A stretch of DNA of 64,000 bases from an uncultured virus (IMG/VR IMGVR_UViG_3300027736_000024) (Duplodnaviria > Heunggongvirae > Uroviricota > Caudoviricetes): positions 62,001 to 126,000 of the IMG/VR virus record IMGVR_UViG_3300027736_000024; one strand, written 5' to 3'. The translations under genes and the position numbers were made by a program. Positions within the stretch are counted from its first letter, which is position 1. Each line of letters starts with the position of its first letter. Under the pieces are notes generated by a model that made no database searches, was not told where the DNA came from, and saw nothing but the letters and a program-made list of their open reading frames with translations. Below are positions 1 through 8,809 of this stretch, one piece after another.

Positions 1-409
1 AGACGTAAAGACACCAAGTAGAGGAACATCTGAAAGTGCTGGTATAGATTTTTATGTGCCTAATGATTTTGAAGATGTAGTATTACAACCAGGAGAATCA
101 GTATTAATTCCATCAGGAATTAAAGCTCAAGTTCCAAGAGGAAATGCATTAATTGCATTTAATAAATCTGGAGTTGCTACTAAACAAGGTCTTATGGTTG
201 GAGCTTGTGTAGTTGATGAAGACTATGAAGGAATTATACATCTTCATATGACAAATACATCAAATAAAGAACAGCTTATAAAATCAGGACAGAAACTAGT
301 ACAATTTATTTTACTACCTGTAAACTATTCTGAAGTACAAGAAGTACATGAATTACAATCTAGAAATACAGAAAGAGGATCCGGAGGATTTGGATCAACA
401 GGACTTTAA
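1..409 (+). CDS. dut: dUTPase (trimeric), 5'-truncated by window edge
   Basis: Frame open from base 2 (DVKTPSRGTSESAGIDFYVP); motifs AGIDF, KSG, VVDEDYEG, KLVQ, RGSGGFGSTG. Confidence 0.95.
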   Translation, partial: DVKTPSRGTSESAGIDFYVPNDFEDVVLQPGESVLIPSGIKAQVPRGNALIAFNKSGVATKQGLMVGACVVDEDYEGIIHLHMTNTSNKEQLIKSGQKLVQFILLPVNYSEVQEVHELQSRNTERGSGGFGSTGL

Positions 410-423
410 AATTATAAATCATC

Positions 424-636
424 ATGCTTGAATTCAAACATCCAATACCAGTAATAGTAGAAGGAGGAAAAGAGGGGTATGCTATTTATGTTGTTAATGG
501 TGGAACATTTGAAAATGATATATGGTGTATTGTATTATGTGAAGGTGGTACAGTTAGACATTATAGAAGTGATCAAATTAAAATGCATCATAATTCAACT
601 TTAGATTTATCAAAAGATGAAAAAAATAATAAATAA
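424..636 (+). CDS. hypothetical protein
   Basis: ORF in tightly packed operon. Confidence 0.6.
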   Translation: MLEFKHPIPVIVEGGKEGYAIYVVNGGTFENDIWCIVLCEGGTVRHYRSDQIKMHHNSTLDLSKDEKNNK

Positions 637-847
637 ATTTGGTCTAGAATTAGAAATTGGAGACAAATTATTAATAATAACAGATAGGATAGACGATAAA
701 ATGTTAGCAAATGTTAGCCTAAATGAAATAATAACAATAACTGGATTCTCTGATAATGAAAAAATAATGTATCATCATAATTCTTTAGCATTACCTGTAG
801 ATTGTAATATTTACAAAAAATTAGAGGGTGATAAAAATAATGAATAA
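617..847 (+). CDS. hypothetical protein
   Basis: ORF overlapping neighbours. Confidence 0.55.
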   Translation: MKKIINKFGLELEIGDKLLIITDRIDDKMLANVSLNEIITITGFSDNEKIMYHHNSLALPVDCNIYKKLEGDKNNE

Positions 848-1241
848 ATTAGATAAAGTATTTATTAATATAGCAAAGGAAACATCTACTCTGTCACACT
901 GCGTTCGATCTAAGGTCGGCGCAGTTTTAGTTAAAAGTGGAAATATAATTTCTTTTGGCTATAATGGAACTCCTGCAGGAATGAATAATGAGTGTGAAGA
1001 AAATGATGTTACTCTATCTCATGTTATACATGCTGAAGTAAATGCTATTCTTAAAGCGGCAAAAACAGGAAACTCTGTAGATGGATCTACTTTGTATCTA
1101 ACTCTTTCACCATGTTTAGACTGCTCTAAACTTATTTTGCAATCAGGAATTAAAAAAGTTGTATATTTAACTAACTATCGTAATCTTGAAGGCGTAGATT
1201 TTCTTAAACAATTTATAGAAGTAGAACAATATGGAGAATAA
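840..1241 (+). CDS. dCMP deaminase (ComEB/T4 Cd family)
   Basis: HAE and SPCLDC zinc motifs, VGAVLV, GYNG; ATG at 840 preferred over GTG at 828. Confidence 0.93.
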   Translation: MNKLDKVFINIAKETSTLSHCVRSKVGAVLVKSGNIISFGYNGTPAGMNNECEENDVTLSHVIHAEVNAILKAAKTGNSVDGSTLYLTLSPCLDCSKLILQSGIKKVVYLTNYRNLEGVDFLKQFIEVEQYGE

Positions 1242-1875
1242 AATATATAAAACACCGACTATAGCATTTGAATATCTTTATCATTATATATTAGGTAAAG
1301 GTGAAGACTTTGCTGGTACTAAAGCTATATTCAATTCAGTATTTAGTATACAAGATCCAACACAAAAAGTAATTGAAACTCCTAAACGTAAGTTTAATAA
1401 AGACTATGCTGACTATGAATGGGATTGGTATGTAAAAGGTGATAGAGACGCAAGTGAAATAGCAGAGAGAGCAAAGATCTGGAAACAAATGATGGTTCCA
1501 TTTACTACAGAAGTAAATTCCAATTACGGATACTTTTGGAATTATAATGATCAGCTTAAAAGAGTTATTGATGAACTAAAAAGAAATAAAGAAACACGTC
1601 GTGCAATTGTTGTACATTACATATTACATGAATTAGATAGATATCAATACGATACTCCATGTAATGATGTACTTAATTTTTATATTAAAGATAATAAATT
1701 ACAATTAACAGTATTTGCAAGATCTATAGACTTAGTTTACGGATTTTGTAATGATCAATATACCTTTGCAAAGCTAATGGAATTAGTATCAGAAAAAACT
1801 GGTTATCCCGTTGGTGAAATGCACTGGATGATAACTAATCTTCATATATATCCAAGACATTACGATTTATTATGA
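1231..1875 (+). CDS. thymidylate synthase-family enzyme, T4 gp42 dCMP hydroxymethylase-like
   Basis: KIWKQ..EVNSNYG, TRRA, catalytic PC, RSIDLVYGFCND, LHIYPRH; Asp at the position of ThyA Asn177. Confidence 0.85.
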   Translation: MENKIYKTPTIAFEYLYHYILGKGEDFAGTKAIFNSVFSIQDPTQKVIETPKRKFNKDYADYEWDWYVKGDRDASEIAERAKIWKQMMVPFTTEVNSNYGYFWNYNDQLKRVIDELKRNKETRRAIVVHYILHELDRYQYDTPCNDVLNFYIKDNKLQLTVFARSIDLVYGFCNDQYTFAKLMELVSEKTGYPVGEMHWMITNLHIYPRHYDLL

Positions 1876-2339
1876 TTATACCAACAAGATTATCAAGAGA
1901 AACTTTAGAGGCTAAACTATCTACTTTACCTAATAAAACATATAATAAATTTATGTGGTGGAGAAGATATCAATCTAGGCAAACTATGCCTGATAAATCT
2001 ACATTCTATGATAAGATTGTAAATGGCGATTTTGAAACCTCTGACTATTATTATCAAGCAGAATATGAAAATTATCTTTTAGAAGATACTATAAAAGATA
2101 TGAAGCACTACGAAGATAAAGTTACTCATATAGGTTTATTTAGAGCCAGACATAAAAGACTTATGGAAGATTACCAAAAAGAAGAGGCTGAAATTTTACG
2201 TAAATTAAAATTAGAATTTAAAAAAGTATTCAAAATATCTAAAGAGGATTTAGAAAAGATTATGGAAACTTTTGATGGAACAACTTTAGATCTATATATT
2301 TATGTTAAAGACTTAGTAAAAAATAATATACCCTCCTAA
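1872..2339 (+). CDS. hypothetical protein
   Basis: 155-aa ORF with ATGA overlap. Confidence 0.7.
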   Translation: MIIPTRLSRETLEAKLSTLPNKTYNKFMWWRRYQSRQTMPDKSTFYDKIVNGDFETSDYYYQAEYENYLLEDTIKDMKHYEDKVTHIGLFRARHKRLMEDYQKEEAEILRKLKLEFKKVFKISKEDLEKIMETFDGTTLDLYIYVKDLVKNNIPS

Positions 2340-2358
2340 TTTAAAATAAATAAAGTTT

Positions 2359-2931
2359 ATGAATGTACAATTTCAAGATTCTTTTTTTAAATCACTGAAG
2401 CGTTTATCTTGGCACGAAAGTAAGCCGTATAAATTTTATAAGCTTTTTTCTAATGATATTCCATTATTTTTAAAAAATATTTGGGCTTTTCGCCGTGAAC
2501 TTTGGTCACATAGATGGTGGGATTATCATTTTACTTTAGAAGTATTTCAGAGATCATTAAAAATTCAAGAACAAGGAATTAGAACTAAGGGCATGGAAAT
2601 AGATTCCAGTAGACAAAAAAAAGAATATAAAATTAGAAAAGCAATTCAACTTCTACAAAATAAATTAGATTCTAATTATATAGATAGAACAGAAGAAAAG
2701 TATGGTAAATTAAGTGATAAAGAGTGGAAATTTGAAAAAACAGAAAATGACAATTATATTTTAGTAGACGAAGATTCAGAGGAAGAAAAGGCTCATAATA
2801 GAATGATCTTTGATAAAGCACATAGATTAGAAGAAAAAGAATGGAAAGAATTATGGGAAATCATAGAAGGAAAAAAATATAAAGAATATAAGGATTGGGA
2901 TGGATCTGATCTTAGAACCTGGTGGGATTAA
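2359..2931 (+). CDS. hypothetical protein
   Basis: 190-aa ORF with AAAGTTTATG start context. Confidence 0.7.
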   Translation: MNVQFQDSFFKSLKRLSWHESKPYKFYKLFSNDIPLFLKNIWAFRRELWSHRWWDYHFTLEVFQRSLKIQEQGIRTKGMEIDSSRQKKEYKIRKAIQLLQNKLDSNYIDRTEEKYGKLSDKEWKFEKTENDNYILVDEDSEEEKAHNRMIFDKAHRLEEKEWKELWEIIEGKKYKEYKDWDGSDLRTWWD

Positions 2932-2951
2932 TAATTAAAAAATTTAATAAT

Positions 2952-3137
2952 ATGATAGGCGTTATCGTTTTAATTTTAGCAATTTCAGGATCCTTAGCTT
3001 GGTTATGGGCTGGAGGTATAGAATACATGCGTAAAAATCATCCAGATTATAAAGGAAAAGATTTTTTAGATTTTGATCAAGATGAGATAAATAAAAAAGC
3101 AGGTAGAGACTCTTGGGATGATCATTTGGAAGATTAA
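2952..3137 (+). CDS. small membrane protein
   Basis: N-terminal hydrophobic helix; ATG at 2952 preferred. Confidence 0.6.
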   Translation: MIGVIVLILAISGSLAWLWAGGIEYMRKNHPDYKGKDFLDFDQDEINKKAGRDSWDDHLED

Positions 3138-3149
3138 ATAAAAAAAGTT

Positions 3150-3347
3150 ATGAGTTGGTCAAGTTATGAACAAAGAAGAGACTTCTTATTAAAAACAATG
3201 AAAAAACAAACTGATCATTGGTTAAAGGAAGATCAATACGAAGAATGGCAGAAAAAAAATAAACCAAAAAAAACGTATACTTTTATTCCAAAAAGAACAA
3301 TACGAACCCAGGATATTTATAATAAAAAATGTTTAGATTATTATTAA
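3150..3347 (+). CDS. hypothetical protein
   Basis: AAAGTTATG start context. Confidence 0.55.
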   Translation: MSWSSYEQRRDFLLKTMKKQTDHWLKEDQYEEWQKKNKPKKTYTFIPKRTIRTQDIYNKKCLDYY

Positions 3348-3973
3348 TAATATCAATAGTTCCTTTTCTTAATGTACCATTAAAGGCACAAGATACAGTG
3401 AGATTGGTCCATAAAGAGTACATTACAGTATTTTCAAAATCTTTAAAATATCCGGTATTAGTTGAATGGTGGGAAACAAAAGCTAAAGTAACTTGTGTAA
3501 ATCCAATTCCTAGAAAAGACCAATTTGCGCCTGATCCTCTTTTAGCAAAAGAAACAGATCTAATGGCTGATTATAAAGGATCAGGAACTGATCGCGGCCA
3601 TATGGCCCCAGCAGCTGATAATCAATGTTCTGGAGATCAAGCTATGAAAGAGTCTTTTTATTTTTCAAATATGACTCCACAATATCATAGTCTTAATGCT
3701 GGAGATTGGAAAACATTAGAAACACTAACTAGAGATTTAGGAGCAAAAGAAGATTCAGTTAAAGTGTGGGCGGGATCTATTGGGTCTTCAAAAAAAATAG
3801 GATCAATACATGTTCCTACAAAATGTTGGAAAATTTTATATATAAAGAAAACAAAGGAATGGATGGCATATATATTCAATAATGATACATCTAAACCTGA
3901 TGGAATAAATAATAATAAAGTAACAGTAGAAGAAGTAGAAAAATTAACTGGTTTTAAATTTAAAATAAATTAA
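3329..3973 (+). CDS. DNA/RNA non-specific endonuclease (NucA/Serratia-type) with signal peptide
   Basis: DRGHMAP, NMTPQ..LNAGDW motifs; hydrophobic N-terminus ending LKA-Q. Confidence 0.9.
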   Translation: MFRLLLIISIVPFLNVPLKAQDTVRLVHKEYITVFSKSLKYPVLVEWWETKAKVTCVNPIPRKDQFAPDPLLAKETDLMADYKGSGTDRGHMAPAADNQCSGDQAMKESFYFSNMTPQYHSLNAGDWKTLETLTRDLGAKEDSVKVWAGSIGSSKKIGSIHVPTKCWKILYIKKTKEWMAYIFNNDTSKPDGINNNKVTVEEVEKLTGFKFKIN

Positions 3974-3974
3974 T

Positions 3975-4232
3975 ATGAATGTTATGTATTTTAGCGCTGA
4001 TTGGTGCGCTCCGTGTAAAGTATTTAAACCAATTGTTCAGCAGGTATCTCAAGAATTAGGAATCGGAGTACAATATATTAATGTAGATTACGATGCTTCT
4101 TATGGTGAAAAATATTCTATAACATCAATACCTACAATTATAGTATTAGATAATTTTGGAACCGTTGTATATAGAAATTCCGGAGTTGTGTCAAAAGATC
4201 AATTAATTAAGGAATTAACTAAATTTAAGTAG
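3975..4232 (+). CDS. thioredoxin
   Basis: FSADWCAPCK, SIPT cis-Pro motif. Confidence 0.92.
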   Translation: MNVMYFSADWCAPCKVFKPIVQQVSQELGIGVQYINVDYDASYGEKYSITSIPTIIVLDNFGTVVYRNSGVVSKDQLIKELTKFK

Positions 4233-4271
4233 ACTTCGTAGATATTTATTTCTGAATCAATAGAAGTAAAT

Positions 4272-4871
4272 ATGGACATTAGTAAACTTAAAGGGCATAT
4301 TCCTGAGACAGTTATAGCTCAAATACCTGATACTGCGGCAAAATTTGAACTTAATACACCATTAAGATTAGCTCATTTTCTTGCTCAATGTGGTCATGAG
4401 TCTGGTGGATTCAAATTAGTTAAAGAAAACTTAAACTATGGAGCAAAAGGTCTCCGTGGTATATTTGGAAAATACTTCCCAACAGATGCAAAAGCTTTAC
4501 AATATGAAAGAAAGCCTGAAAAAATTGCAAATTTGGTTTATGGAAATAGGATGGGCAATGGACCAGAATCATCAGGAGATGGTTTTAAATATTGTGGCCG
4601 CGGCTTTATTCAATTAACAGGTAAAGATAATTATACCTCTTTCGGTAAGGCTATCAATGAAGATATTGTAGCTAATCCTCAATTAGTTGCAGACAAATAT
4701 CCTTTATTATCTGCTGCATGGTTTTTTCATAAAAATGGTTTACATAAAATTGCAGATAAAGGTGCTACTGATCAAGTAGTTACAGAAGTAACCAAAAGAG
4801 TTAACGGAGGTACAATAGGACTCCCAGATCGCATAAAACACTTTAAAGAATATTACGAATTGCTAAAGTAA
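4272..4871 (+). CDS. GH19 (chitinase-like) endolysin
   Basis: LAHFLAQCGHESGGF, GRGFIQLTGKDNY, VTKRVNGG. Confidence 0.9.
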   Translation: MDISKLKGHIPETVIAQIPDTAAKFELNTPLRLAHFLAQCGHESGGFKLVKENLNYGAKGLRGIFGKYFPTDAKALQYERKPEKIANLVYGNRMGNGPESSGDGFKYCGRGFIQLTGKDNYTSFGKAINEDIVANPQLVADKYPLLSAAWFFHKNGLHKIADKGATDQVVTEVTKRVNGGTIGLPDRIKHFKEYYELLK

Positions 4872-4918
4872 TAGGTTTCATAAAGGTTGTATATTTTTTA
4901 AAATTAAAAATAGACCTT

Positions 4919-5161
4919 ATGAAAAAGTTTTTTTCTGACTTATTTAATGATAATAATTCTATCAATGAAAAAGCCGTTATTGGTTTTTTAGCATTTTGCA
5001 TGATGTGTATATTTGCAATTGCCGATATAGTAACAGGTACTATGGATAAACCATTATTAGTAAATGAGTTTATTTATGATTCATTTAAAATATTAACAAT
5101 TGCGTGCTTTGGTATAGCTTCTGTAGATAAGTTTATTAACAAAAAGAAAGATAATAATTAA
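4919..5161 (+). CDS. putative holin / small 2-TM membrane protein
   Basis: Two hydrophobic segments, basic C-terminus, directly after endolysin. Confidence 0.55.
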   Translation: MKKFFSDLFNDNNSINEKAVIGFLAFCMMCIFAIADIVTGTMDKPLLVNEFIYDSFKILTIACFGIASVDKFINKKKDNN

Positions 5162-5172
5162 AAACCAATATT

Positions 5173-5421
5173 ATGGAAAAGATCCCAACAAAAAAAGCAG
5201 AATCTCTAATTAGTGCCTTAAAAGGAAAAAAACCAGTTGTTATCATTGCTTGTGTAGTAATCTTTATTGTAGGTATATTTGCAGTTAAAAAAGGCTACAT
5301 TGCAGAAGACATGTTAAATGTTGATACTATTGTATCATTTGTTAATGGAGCTCTTGGAAGTGACTCAACTAAAGCTGCTGTTGATACTGCTGCTCATGTA
5401 ATTGATAGCTTACCTAAATAA
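5173..5421 (+). CDS. single-TM membrane protein
   Basis: Basic N-terminus then TM helix; DST/DTA/DSL motifs in C-terminal part. Confidence 0.6.
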   Translation: MEKIPTKKAESLISALKGKKPVVIIACVVIFIVGIFAVKKGYIAEDMLNVDTIVSFVNGALGSDSTKAAVDTAAHVIDSLPK

Positions 5422-5427
5422 TTAAGT

Positions 5428-5787
5428 ATGAAAAAATTAATTATTTTATTGTGCTTATGTTTAAGTATTTTTGTGGTTGATGCTCAAACATCAAAATTAA
5501 AACCTAAATTAATTGAAGGATCTATTATGGGATTCAGTAATGGTAAAGGTAAGGTCGGAATTGGAGGAGTATCATCTTCATTTTTAAAAGTAAATATTTC
5601 TAAAAAATTATCAATAGGAACTGCATTAGCTCCTATTCTTTGGTTTGACACTGAAAAACATAATCACAGTTATGGTACAGCAGGTTTTGCTATAAGAGCA
5701 GATTATAAAAAAATTAGCCTAGGTTGTAATTTATTAACAATTGCCGGTGTTGATACAAAATTTGTAGGCATCGGTGTAAAATTATAA
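5428..5787 (+). CDS. secreted protein, possible small outer-membrane beta-barrel
   Basis: Signal peptide (VDA-Q); alternating beta-strand pattern; ends FVGIGVKL. Confidence 0.5.
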   Translation: MKKLIILLCLCLSIFVVDAQTSKLKPKLIEGSIMGFSNGKGKVGIGGVSSSFLKVNISKKLSIGTALAPILWFDTEKHNHSYGTAGFAIRADYKKISLGCNLLTIAGVDTKFVGIGVKL

Positions 5788-5794
5788 TACCCCT

Positions 5795-6199
5795 ATGTCA
5801 CAGATTTCGCAACAAGAAAAAACAGCTGAATTAGAAAAATCAATAGCCATTGATAAAGGTAAATCGGATCTAATAGAAAAATTAGTATTTATTTTATTCC
5901 CTATATGTGTATCAGCAATCGGATGGTTACTTACTCAAGTAAATAGTTTGAGTGATAATATTACAGTCCTTAACAATAAAGTTAATATTGTAGTAAATGC
6001 TGAAAATAAAGCAATACCGCCTCAAGGTACTACTATAGAACTTGAACAATTAAGAGCTAGTGCTATGCAAGCTAGAGCTGATATGAAAATGGATATAAAT
6101 GAAAAAATAACTGCTATTCAAATAGGAGCAATGCAAGAAAGAGCCGATATTAAAGCTCGTTTAAGTGTAGTTGAATCTAGATTAAATAATCACAAGTAA
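5795..6199 (+). CDS. TM plus coiled-coil protein
   Basis: One TM helix followed by heptad-rich region. Confidence 0.6.
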   Translation: MSQISQQEKTAELEKSIAIDKGKSDLIEKLVFILFPICVSAIGWLLTQVNSLSDNITVLNNKVNIVVNAENKAIPPQGTTIELEQLRASAMQARADMKMDINEKITAIQIGAMQERADIKARLSVVESRLNNHK

Positions 6200-6207
6200 T
6201 AAAATTA

Positions 6208-6894
6208 ATGAACCAACAATTAAGTATAATTATTCCATGTAAAAATGAAGGCAAAGGAATAATTGAAGTACTTAAGTTAATTTTATCTCAAATTGATTGT
6301 AGAATAATAGTAGTGGACTCCTCAACTGAGGAGTCTTCTATTTTATTATTAACAGAATATCAATCAATACATAAAAATATAGAAATAATTAAAGGCGGTT
6401 TACCTGCTATTGCTCGAAATAATGGAGCTAAATTAGTAACAACTCCATATATTCTATTTTTAGATGCGGATATATATCCATATGAGAATGCAATTAAAAA
6501 TTGTATTAGAACTGCTGTTAAAGGTAAGTATGATTTAGTTACTTGTAAATTTACCACTGATAAAAAATATAACTGGGTTTATAGAATTTTTGATATATTT
6601 CAATGGTATAGTTCAAAAACAAAACCTTTTGCTTTAGGTGGCTTTATGCTATTTAAAACAGAAACATTTAATAAATTAAAAGGATTTAATGAAGAAGATA
6701 AAATTGCCGAGGATTACCATCTCAGTTCCAAAATTAAACCTAATCGTTTTAAAATCACAAACGATTTCGTTTATACTTCAAGTAGAAGATTTGATAAAAA
6801 AGGTATATGGTATATGATTAAATTAGCATGGAAATCCTGGCTAAATAGAAATAATGATGAATTTTTTAAAAAAGATTTTAATTACTGGAAATGA
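6208..6894 (+). CDS. glycosyltransferase family 2
   Basis: LSIIIPCKNE, ARNNGA, LFLDAD, GFNE..AED, TSSRR. Confidence 0.9.
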   Translation: MNQQLSIIIPCKNEGKGIIEVLKLILSQIDCRIIVVDSSTEESSILLLTEYQSIHKNIEIIKGGLPAIARNNGAKLVTTPYILFLDADIYPYENAIKNCIRTAVKGKYDLVTCKFTTDKKYNWVYRIFDIFQWYSSKTKPFALGGFMLFKTETFNKLKGFNEEDKIAEDYHLSSKIKPNRFKITNDFVYTSSRRFDKKGIWYMIKLAWKSWLNRNNDEFFKKDFNYWK

Positions 6895-7637
6895 AAAATT
6901 ACAAAGCAATAATAGTTTCTGATTTGCATTTAGGTACTAAGGATTCTAAAGCTGAAGAATTTTTAGAATTTTTAGAAAATCATCCAACAGATCTACTAAT
7001 TTTAAATGGTGATATAATTGATGGTTGGGCTTTAAATAGAGGAAGTAAGTGGAAAAAACAACATACTAAAGTATTAGGTAAAATTTTAAAACTATCTAAT
7101 AAAATACAAGTAATTTGGATAAGAGGTAATCATGACGAATTTATTCAAGAATTTATAGGATCTCATTTTGGAGGTATAGAATTTAGAGAAGACTATAAAA
7201 TTGAATATGCTGAGCATATAGAATATGATAATTGGGAAAAAAAATGTTTTTATGTTTTCCATGGCGATGTTATTGATGTGTTTATAACAAAGTATACTTG
7301 GTTAGCTAAAATTGGTGCTGTTGGATATGATGTAGCATTAACTTTAAATCGTTGGTATAACAAATATCGTAAATGGCGTAAACTTCCATATCAATCAATA
7401 TCTAAAAAAATAAAAAATAGCGTTAAAACAGCAACTAGTTACATTAACGATTTTGAAGTAACAGCATTAAAAATGGCAGAAAAGAAAGGCTGTGACGGAG
7501 TTATTTGTGGCCATATACACCAACCAGAAGACAGAACTATAAATGGTAAAAGATATTTAAATTCTGGGGATTGGGTAGAAAATATGAGTGCTATATTAAT
7601 AGATACTTATGGGCGGGTATATTTATATAAAAATTAG
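6891..7637 (+). CDS. UDP-2,3-diacylglucosamine hydrolase-like metallophosphoesterase (LpxH-like)
   Basis: SDLHLG, GDIIDGW, GNHD, HGD, CGHIHQP, NSGDWVE. Confidence 0.85.
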   Translation: MKNYKAIIVSDLHLGTKDSKAEEFLEFLENHPTDLLILNGDIIDGWALNRGSKWKKQHTKVLGKILKLSNKIQVIWIRGNHDEFIQEFIGSHFGGIEFREDYKIEYAEHIEYDNWEKKCFYVFHGDVIDVFITKYTWLAKIGAVGYDVALTLNRWYNKYRKWRKLPYQSISKKIKNSVKTATSYINDFEVTALKMAEKKGCDGVICGHIHQPEDRTINGKRYLNSGDWVENMSAILIDTYGRVYLYKN

Positions 7638-7640
7638 TTT

Positions 7641-7760
7641 ATGATTAAAGTACTAGACACTTTATTTAATTTTAATAGTGGTAAAAAAGTCAACTTCGAA
7701 CAAGGATTCTTTCTTGGAATAATAACATTCACACTCTTATTATTTCTTTTTATGGTATAA
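7641..7760 (+). CDS. 39-aa small membrane protein (not in ORF track)
   Basis: MIKVLDTLFNFNSGKKVNFEQGFFLGIITFTLLLFLFMV. Confidence 0.4.
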   Translation: MIKVLDTLFNFNSGKKVNFEQGFFLGIITFTLLLFLFMV

Positions 7761-7792
7761 AATAATTTTGTATATTTATACTATATAAAAAA

Positions 7793-7806
7793 GTTCTTTA
7801 ACTTAT
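7793..7806 (+). promoter_or_regulatory. boxA-like leader of RNA cluster
   Basis: GTTCTTTAACTTAT directly before tmRNA; perfect complement at 9267-9280. Confidence 0.5.
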
Positions 7807-8202
7807 GGGGATAACCGGTATCGATCTGAATGATGAGATAATACCACATGCAGGCGTTTGGTAGAGTCGCCTTAGAAAACTGCAAACAATAACTGACGAA
7901 ATGTCAACAATGACCTTCGAAGACTTAATGTCTTTCGTAGGCGCTGATTACGCTCTAGCAGCCTAGTCCGCATCGGGTGGTAGAGAACCTAGGAACAGAA
8001 CACAACAGCGAGTCATACGCTAAAGAGATGGCATCCGGACGCATATTGCGAGCCGTAGTTTTCTTGATAGTCATAAAATCAAGTGGTGGAAACGACCATA
8101 AAGGTCAGCCCTTACTGATCAAAAGCAATTTAGATCTAAGCATGTGAGACGTTGGTGTTATTATCACTTTTAGAGACGTGGGTTCGAATCCCACTATCTC
8201 CA
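7807..8202 (+). ncRNA. ssrA: tmRNA
   Basis: GGGGATA/TATCTCC-A acceptor stem with G3.U70; T-arm GTGGG-TTCGAAT-CCCAC; ATAACT resume context; tag ORF 7895-7966 ending YALAA-stop; CCA not encoded. Confidence 0.95.
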
Positions 8203-8271
8203 CTTAAAATATATATTTTTATTATTTTAAATTTATTTGTACATTTAATTAATAATCAAAACAAATAAAAA

Positions 8272-8454
8272 ATGAAAAAATCAGTTTTCGTAATCATTGC
8301 AGGAATTTTTTTAATGTCATGTGGTGGATCTTCAAATTCAACGGTAGCTACAGATTCTACAGCAGTAGATAGCACGAAAGTAGCAGACAGCGCAGTAGTA
8401 GCTACAGATTCTACAGTAGCACAAATTCCAGCAGATAGCACAAATACTAAGTAA
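8272..8454 (+). CDS. small lipoprotein with D-S-x repeats
   Basis: Lipobox LMSC-GG; four DST and one DSA motif; 19-nt direct repeat at 8344 and 8398. Confidence 0.8.
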   Translation: MKKSVFVIIAGIFLMSCGGSSNSTVATDSTAVDSTKVADSAVVATDSTVAQIPADSTNTK

Positions 8455-8462
8455 TTAGTGGA

Positions 8463-8557
8463 AACACAGAAACCATAATATAGCGTTAAAATAAGGAGGC
8501 GTGGTTGCCGAGTCGCAAGCTATGCGAGCGTATGAGGTTCGATTCCTCTCTGTGTTC
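8463..8557 (+). tRNA. atypical tRNA-like element (expanded D region, possible GCT anticodon)
   Basis: AACACAGA/TCTGTGTT terminal stem, GAGG-TTCGATT-CCTC T-arm, TCGCA/TGCGA hairpin. Confidence 0.5.
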
Positions 8558-8575
8558 AAAATAAAAAAATAAATT

Positions 8576-8806
8576 ATGATTTGGTACATTTATATTATTA
8601 GTATTACATATTGTATTTGGAAAATGTCAAAAGGCTATAAAAGAACTTTTGGCGAAGGGAATCCTATAGGGCCAACCCCAGGACTAGAAACACTTTTTAT
8701 AATTCCTTTTGCTCCAGTTTTAGCAGTCCTTGATATTAGTTTAACTTGGATTCGTAGATTTCATGAAGTAGAAGAATATAAAATAAGAAACAATAAGATA
8801 TTTTAA
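8576..8806 (+). CDS. small membrane protein
   Basis: Two hydrophobic segments. Confidence 0.6.
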   Translation: MIWYIYIISITYCIWKMSKGYKRTFGEGNPIGPTPGLETLFIIPFAPVLAVLDISLTWIRRFHEVEEYKIRNNKIF

Positions 8807-8809
8807 TAT

